A stretch of DNA of 64,000 bases from Chrysomallon squamiferum (taxonomy: Eukaryota; Animalia; Mollusca). How positions within the stretch are numbered: position 1 is the stretch's first letter; every line of letters begins with the position of its first letter. Below, piece after piece: positions 57,295 to 64,000 of the stretch. Made by a program: the position numbers and the translations under genes. The notes under the pieces are model-generated. The model searched no databases, was not told where the DNA came from, and saw only the letters and a program-made list of their open reading frames with translations. The stretch lies in NCBI GenBank assembly GCA_012295275.1, contig CM022665.1, forward strand, positions 13,578,001 to 13,642,000. Direction: 5' to 3'.

Positions 57295-59196
57295 GACACA
57301 AAATACACAACAAATACTTTTCAAAATGTCTTAATTATCAGTTCATTTCACTCAGTTAAAATATGGTATAGTACATTATTGTTATACATAAATAATAAAT
57401 TTATAAAAGGAATATTTTTATCATAGCTCTGTGATGGATTCCCTTTGTTAATTGCAAATGAAAATTAAGTCTCACCTGAACTTGGTTCTGTTTTTAAAAA
57501 ATAAAAAAAAGAATGTGACAAATAATTAATGACAGAACAAAGTACATGCAAAGCAAACAATATTGGCTTTTTTCACAGGAATTTTATCATGGCAATCATT
57601 AGTTCTTTAACATGAATTTTCATAGCTCATAATTTTAATTGCTGTTATTACTTAGAAAATTTTAATAAATTGTTTAACAGGTATTTAAAATATTAAAAAA
57701 TAAGAATAACTAGATTAAAATTGCATAGGTTAAATAAATTACATCACCACTCGTATTAATTTTTTTAAATTCTAAAGAATCAGAAAGTATATTAAAACTT
57801 ATATTAAGTGATTATATGGAAGAATATCTTTAATAAAATATTTAACAAAACAAATCAAAAAAAGAATAAAATAAAAAATCAATATTAAAAATGTTCTTAG
57901 CTAAATTTTGTTTGTTAGCAGTGGAGTACTTGTGCAGTGTCGAAACCAGACAGAACATGGATGACAGAGTACCTTGTTAACTGAGAGTAGATTGAATGTC
58001 AACAGAGCCTGATATAGCTGAAAAAGTGAAAGTGTGTGCAATTAACAAAGGGAATCCATCATGGGTGTGATGGTCTGCTTTCTTTGCCAATGTAATGCTC
58101 CATCACCTGTAATTGGATTTGGAAACATAAATCGCAAACTGCTCATGCACCTTATCTCAAGAAATGATTTATTAGCATTTCCTTTTTGTCTTTGTAGTCT
58201 GTGACAATTATGTATGCAGAATGGTAGATTTTATGTCCTTCGTTGGCAGAGTTCCTCTTTATTCTTCATTTGAAATTCTGAATGAAATTCATGTTGATAG
58301 GCAAAATTAAGGTATGTTTTAATGAAGAATATAGACAGAAACGTTTGTGTTTTTATAAAAAAAACAAAAAAAACAGCATTTATCAGAAGACATGCTGATG
58401 GCTTAAAGCTTCATTTGATGTAAACAAACTATTAGAAAACATCACTAGGGGTTGAATTTGTTCTGATTTCTACATTTAATACTCTTAGTTCTCTCTATAG
58501 CCAGAATACTTCATATATTAAAAGTATCCAGAAGCTTGTAAAGAAAGGGTGGCTTAACTGTATAGATAATCTTTCTAAATAAAATGAGTTTCATTGTAAA
58601 GAGACAAAAATTGATTGAGAAGCAGTGGCAAGGGTCAAACATAGGTTCTCCATAATTTATATGCTTAATTTTATAAATAATAATATCCCAAATGAACTTA
58701 GAATGCCATATATGCAGAGTTATTTTTATCATAATCATGATCCATAATATTAAAAACATGATTCTAGGGAAAAAAGTCAGAATTTTTTATCAAAATTAAG
58801 AAATATGTTAGAAATGAAAGATAGATGTTCTTTGATTTTAATGTTTGTGGTTTAGACGGATGTTCCACCCAATACCACGAAGAAATTCTGCCACAGTCTT
58901 GCAGTCCTCAAGGCTCTCTCTGTAAGTCTCTTATCACTGAACCTTGAGAATTACAACTAGATGTTTTCATGTATTTCCACCACAAATTTGTTTTAGGAGT
59001 TGCATGTTTGGTACACATGAACCCCTCATAACAGATTTTGTTACCACCCATATTGCTATCTTGATCCTTGAAAAAAATTAATGTGCTAATCAGAGCAAGC
59101 TGTTGTGAAGCACAAATAACTTCCATATTAGAGCAAGCTGGAGAATATATGGTGAAACATTTTAATCTGGGACATTTTATAAATCATTTACAATAG

Positions 59197-59294
59197 GAAG
59201 CCCTTAGTTTAAATCTATCCTAATGAGTAAGCTAAACCGAAGCTAGACCCAATATGAAGCCCCTTTCTTTAATCTAGCCTAATCAATAAGCTTA
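59197..59294. repeat. Diverged tandem duplication, period ~59 bp
   Basis: GAAGCCCTTAGTTTAAATCTATCCTAATGAGTAAGCT at 59197 versus GAAGCCCCTTTCTTTAATCTAGCCTAATCAATAAGCT at 59256. Confidence 0.6.
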
Positions 59295-60061
59295 AGAACT
59301 ACCCCATGCATACTATCGAGCCACATTCAATACCCTACAAACCCAGACATTTTGTGACTTTTTTCCTATACTAAATTGTCCCTTTTTTTCCAGCCACCAA
59401 AAACATAGCTTGCCTATTGATTATTTAAATTTTCATTATTATGAACAAATAATTTGTAGAACCAAATCAATAACTGATGTTCTTTTTCAGAATTTCATAT
59501 ATTAAAAAAGTTTTGATAAACTTGGATATGTTTTTTTTAATAAGTGTGGGGGATAATGTGCTTAGAAAAGGAATAGATGTTGGTTATGTACTATACGTTA
59601 TACAGATCATCCACTTCAAAAATGGGGTGGGGAGAGTTGAAAAAAAAGTAATCTGGCTGTGTAATAAACTTGAGAAAATGAGAAACTTTCACACACATAC
59701 ACATACACATACATATATACATTCATTCATTCATACATACATACATACATTGATTCAAATACTTTTATTGGAGTTTTATTTCTTGTATGTTAGAAAGTTC
59801 TGATGCTGTCAGTATGGAACATATGAAAAACAATAATGGCTCATTAGTGGCATTGGGAGGATGAAGCTGCCAGCAGTGATGTAATGCAGACTGTGCATAA
59901 ACAACCCCATTAATGATGCCATTTCGATGTGTGATATATTAACACCAGACTGTTTTCTTAAACTACACTTTCCTGTGAAAGAAAAATAAACGAATGTACA
60001 CCAGTTTATCTAATAATCTGTGACATACTGTAAATAGTGAAAATTGTCTCCAGATCATTTC

Positions 60062-60265
60062 ACCTCAGTAGTTAGAACACAGTAGGTTTGGTAGGCTGCA
60101 GGATCAATTCTCTTTAGAGCACCCAACTAACTTTTGGCATGAGTCTAATGACTGGTTTATCAAATGATGTGTGTATCCTTCCTTATATTATAGGAAAGAG
60201 CACAAAAAAGATATCTGGCAGCTAACAGATAACAATACTTCAAGGACTGGCTGCAGTGAAATTCA
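60062..60265 (+). mobile_element. Old, CpG-decayed remnant of the same tRNA-SINE family
   Basis: CTCAGTAGTTAGA head, GGATCAATTC B-box and GACTGGTTTATCAAA core, in the same order as the 5866-6130 copy. Confidence 0.45.
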
Positions 60266-60568
60266 TATATCCAAAATTGTTTTTGACACTAATAATTGTT
60301 AATAATAAAATTTTGAAGTGCTGACAAACTTTCATTCATATCCAATCATTTCATATTTAACCATGTTTTAACCTCAGGTTGAAAGTTTCTTTTCTATCAT
60401 TTCATTTTTGCTCAATTTTGGTTTTGAAGAAACTAAAAATTATAAAACTTTCCCAATATAACTAGGTATAAACTCACTGCCTTTTTTCTCTTCTTTCAAG
60501 TTGATGATACTTATGATTAAAAATACCATCATTGACACTTCATTTATGTGAAAAACAATTCAAGCTGA

Positions 60569-60762
60569 TTAATTTATAGGCAGATTATATCGTATTTGAC
60601 ATTTGATATATATACCAATCACTGCAGCTTAATTTATCTGATGATTCTGTCATATTTGACATCTGATGTTTATATACCAATTTCTGTAGCTTAATTTAAC
60701 TGAAGATTCTATCATAATATTTGACACCTGATATTTATATACCAATCTCTGCAGCTTAATTA
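60569..60762. repeat. Minisatellite, ~60-65 bp unit, about 3 copies
   Basis: TATTTGAC recurs at 60593, 60653 and 60718, each followed by A(T/C)(T/C)TGAT...TATATACCAAT...CTG(C/T)AGCTTAATT. Confidence 0.85.
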
Positions 60763-60780
60763 TCCCATATTTCTCTAGAC

Positions 60781-61010
60781 TAGCTTGGTGGTGCAGTGCT
60801 TTTGGGTTATAGGATCAATTTTCCTTATGTGTTTATTTCCTGCTTTGGCTTATGCTCCATGTCTCATTTATCACAGACCATGATATGTTTTCATATGAAA
60901 AGATCCTTATTACTAATAAGACTGATATATAGAACAGCACCAACTGATTTCCTCTGTCAGATATGATCAGACAAATGTATTAATATCCTTAAAGAAATAT
61001 TCATTGATTA
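60781..61010 (+). mobile_element. Old, CpG-decayed remnant of the same tRNA-SINE family
   Basis: A-box-like TAGCTTGGTGG, GGATCAATT B-box, TTTATCACAG core, AAAAGATCCTT and TTTCCTCT segments shared with the other copies. Confidence 0.45.
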
Positions 61011-61098
61011 AATAATAAAAATTTATATATTTTTAAAATCATTGTATTTTTATATAATAATCATAAGTGTAATTTTCAGTATACTTTATCTGTTTTAG

Positions 61099-61253
61099 AT
61101 CATTCAATACTGACCATGTAAAGATTCTGGATGGAGGTATGCGGTTGAAATTAACAAACATTACGACATCAGAAAATGGCATCTATTCTTGTCGGGCAGA
61201 AAATGTTGCTGGTGCTGTGGACAGCAGAACCAATTTCTTGCTTAATGTAAAAG
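61099..61253 (+). CDS. PTK7: PTK7/Off-track homolog, coding exon 4 (C-terminal half of Ig-like domain 2); gene continues beyond the window
   Basis: Acceptor tttatctgttttAG (61097-61098) and donor AAG|GTAAAC (61254). AG + A gives Arg, then SFNTDHVKILDGGMRLKLTNITTSENGIYSCRAENVAGAVDSRTNFLLNVK, with the Ig GxYxCxAxN motif and a PTK7-like NFxLxV end. Phase matches exon 3. Confidence 0.92.
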
Positions 61254-61589
61254 GTAAACAATAATCTTTAGCTGATTCCTCATTTTATAATTCTTAACAA
61301 ATTTATTACAGTGACATGGTAATAATTATTAGAAAAGATTCTAAGTCAGTACTTACTGTTTACGTTTAGTGAATTTATTATCTGATACTGTTCCAAGTCA
61401 GGAAGTTCTTGAAGCTTAATAAAATCTGAGCAAGTTTCTAATAATGCTGTGTGACCAGTGCGAATTTAAACACACTGCTATACTTGTTTGCTGATTCACA
61501 ATAAGAAATTAACTTTTTCATTTGATGTCATTTAATAATCAAACCCTAATTATTGCCTTAATATGGAATAATTATGGAGATTTCATTAT

Positions 61590-61612
61590 TATTGTGACTG
61601 TATTGTTATTGT

Positions 61613-61706
<94 letters not shown>

Positions 61707-61727
61707 ACAATAACAATACAGTCACAA

Positions 61728-61729
<2 letters not shown>
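61590..61729. repeat. AT-rich fold-back inverted repeat enclosing (TAA)n/(TTA)n tracts
   Basis: 61590-61618 TATTGTGACTGTATTGTTATTGTTATAAT is the exact reverse complement of 61701-61729. The spacer is (TAA)n switching to (TTA)n at 61650/61651. A further (TTA)n tract follows to about 61783. Confidence 0.9.
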
Positions 61730-61785
<56 letters not shown>

Positions 61786-63194
61786 TAATTCCAAACCATT
61801 TCTTGTCTGCAAATGAAATTGTGCAGTCATCATCAGCTATTCATCTTTGGCATGTATTCAACATTAATGGTCTTATTAAAGACATTATCCATCTGGCCAC
61901 CTAAGTGAGCCAGTATGGGTTAAACTTGGGTTACAATGATATTGAAGAGCATTTCCCTTTCTTTACTTTTCCAATGCAGTGTGGTTTAAAGAGATAATCT
62001 TGCTTTGGTTCACAATGTTTAGTAAATTTAACTGGCAAGAATGTTTTTAAATTCCCTTTAGCGATTTGATTAAAATTTGATTAAATGTTTTTTTTTTTTT
62101 TGTTTCATAGATTTAGTGAAATTAATTTTCAGATGAAAGGATTGCAAATGCAAGTTGTCCTCAAACATAATCAAGTCTTAATCAGGAAATTTTATATATA
62201 TTATATATATATGTTATTTGCCTTAGATTACTCAGTTTATAATGTTTTTTCTTTTTATTAACCATATCCTTGAAGTCTTCAGTAATAAACAGAATGATAC
62301 ATAAATGAAAATTAGCCAACAAAAACATGATAGACTTACTGTTAGGGTAGCTTTGCATAGATCCTGTAAAATTGCCTAAGAAAGTTTTAAAATAAAATTC
62401 TCAATTGAGAAATTTTTATTATTATTTTTAATAATATTCATTCTTCCATGAAATATCATAAAGTACCTTCACAAATATTACAGCCCTTCAGTCATCAATC
62501 CTGAAGATGCTTTTCATGTTACAGTATTGTTAGCTGTGTTTGATGTACTACCATTTAGAGTTAGTTAAGTTTGAAGAGGTGGAGGCCAATCTCTCAGATG
62601 AAATATGTTGTTCCTCTGACAATTGAAACCATCTTCCAGTGAAAGCTGAGTGGTGGTTTTATTTGATTAGCATCAAAACGAATGGCAAATTGACTGCAAC
62701 AAGCAGCACTTAATCTGCAAAGGAAGGGATGTAAACCTCTGTGGAGACTAGACATCTCCATGGTGTTGTCTTGACCACCTAGCAGCTGTCTGGTTACCGA
62801 AGTACTGCAAGAGATCATTTTATTGCAGTTCTGTGTTTTAATGTCTTTATTTTAATACCCACACTACCTCAGGCTGTCTCTTCCTTGCTCTAGACAATGA
62901 CACACTAAAGTCTGTGAGTCATTCCTTGGGCATCATATAAAACACATTCATTGAAAATAGTTCACTTCCTATAGCAGCCTTATCTTTATTTGAAAATAGT
63001 TCTGTTTTGCAGTTGGTTCCATCAGTGTGTGATGCTACAGTTAATTATGGAGGAAACTATTTATTTGCTAATAACAATAAAGATTCTCCAATTTTCTTCA
63101 CTGAAATTCCATTTAAAGGCTTTTTTCACTTTTTCTGTTTTTATCCTCATTATAAGATGAAATCATTTTAATATAGTTAAGAATGAAACAATGC

Positions 63195-63197
<3 letters not shown>

Positions 63198-63264
<67 letters not shown>
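63198..63264. repeat. (CT)n microsatellite
   Basis: Perfect run; source of the ER-repeat ORF on the minus strand. Confidence 0.97.
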
Positions 63265-63267
<3 letters not shown>

Positions 63268-64000
63268 CTTTCTCTCTTGCCCTACCCCTCCCCTTGCCTG
63301 TCTGCCTGAAGTAAATTAACCGAATTAACATGTTCAAAGACTGAAACACATGGATACAAGTGAAATGTTAACAGCCTGATGTATTTATATTTCACAACAA
63401 ACAAGTTAGAGCATTCTTTTGATGTCTTTCTGCAAATTTTTCTAGAAAACCACACCTTAGTTTGCAATTCTAATAGTTTATAATCTGATCATGCACAAAT
63501 AAACTGAAGCAGGCCACCCTTCTAACTTCCATGCTGCTGTTTGATATCACTTTCTGTTTTTCAATTTCAGCCAAACAGAATATTTAAAGACTAAACTGGA
63601 AATGTCTAGATTTCTTTCTTCCCTCCCTATCCCATATACTTTAGACAGACATTAGATGTTAGTATGCTAGTTTATGATATCCAAGAAAGGTGTTGTGATT
63701 TCTGATAAGAGAATAAATTGGTGTTTTATTGAAGCAATTTGTGTTAATTGACTGGCAAGCACTGTGCTGGCCCCTCCTGGTTTATCTGATGTAAATAAAC
63801 TGGAGATAATTATTGATGCCCTCTGAGAGACAGGAGGTTGTGCTTCTCCCATGAACTGATGCATTGTGTGTAATCCTGCACAGGTAATAGGCACCTGGTT
63901 TCATTTCCACTTGGTGAACTGCCTTTGATGTCCAGTTTTGCTTCACATTTGTTACTCCTTTAATGTTTTTCTTTCTTGCTGCTTCTTCATTTCATCCACT

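Noticed and set aside
60569-60762. Regularly spaced repeats reminiscent of a CRISPR array
   Set aside because: The whole unit repeats with no unique spacers, the context is a eukaryotic intron, and there are no cas genes.

Overview
AT-rich (~30% GC by eye) animal genomic DNA, most likely a mollusc (gastropod-like SINEs; this is inference). The window holds the 5' part of one + strand gene, a PTK7/Off-track (CCK4) receptor pseudokinase homolog. Four coding exons (7926-7959, 16634-16936, 43415-43550, 61099-61253) splice in frame through GT-AG introns of about 8.7, 26.5 and 17.5 kb into signal peptide + Ig1 + Ig2; the gene continues past the window end. The ORF track captures only exon 2 in the coding frame; its other ORFs look like microsatellite or low-complexity noise. 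Non-coding features: a CpG-retaining upstream/promoter region that switches sharply to a CpG-depleted gene body near 8.2 kb, a uORF just before the start codon, a complete Tc2/pogo-type MITE, a hAT-like end fragment, four related tRNA-derived SINE remnants, a ~60-bp minisatellite, a 140-bp AT-rich fold-back palindrome, many microsatellites, and candidate enhancers and recursive splice sites. I found no convincing novel multi-gene system; the unusual items are modest regulatory or structural ones.
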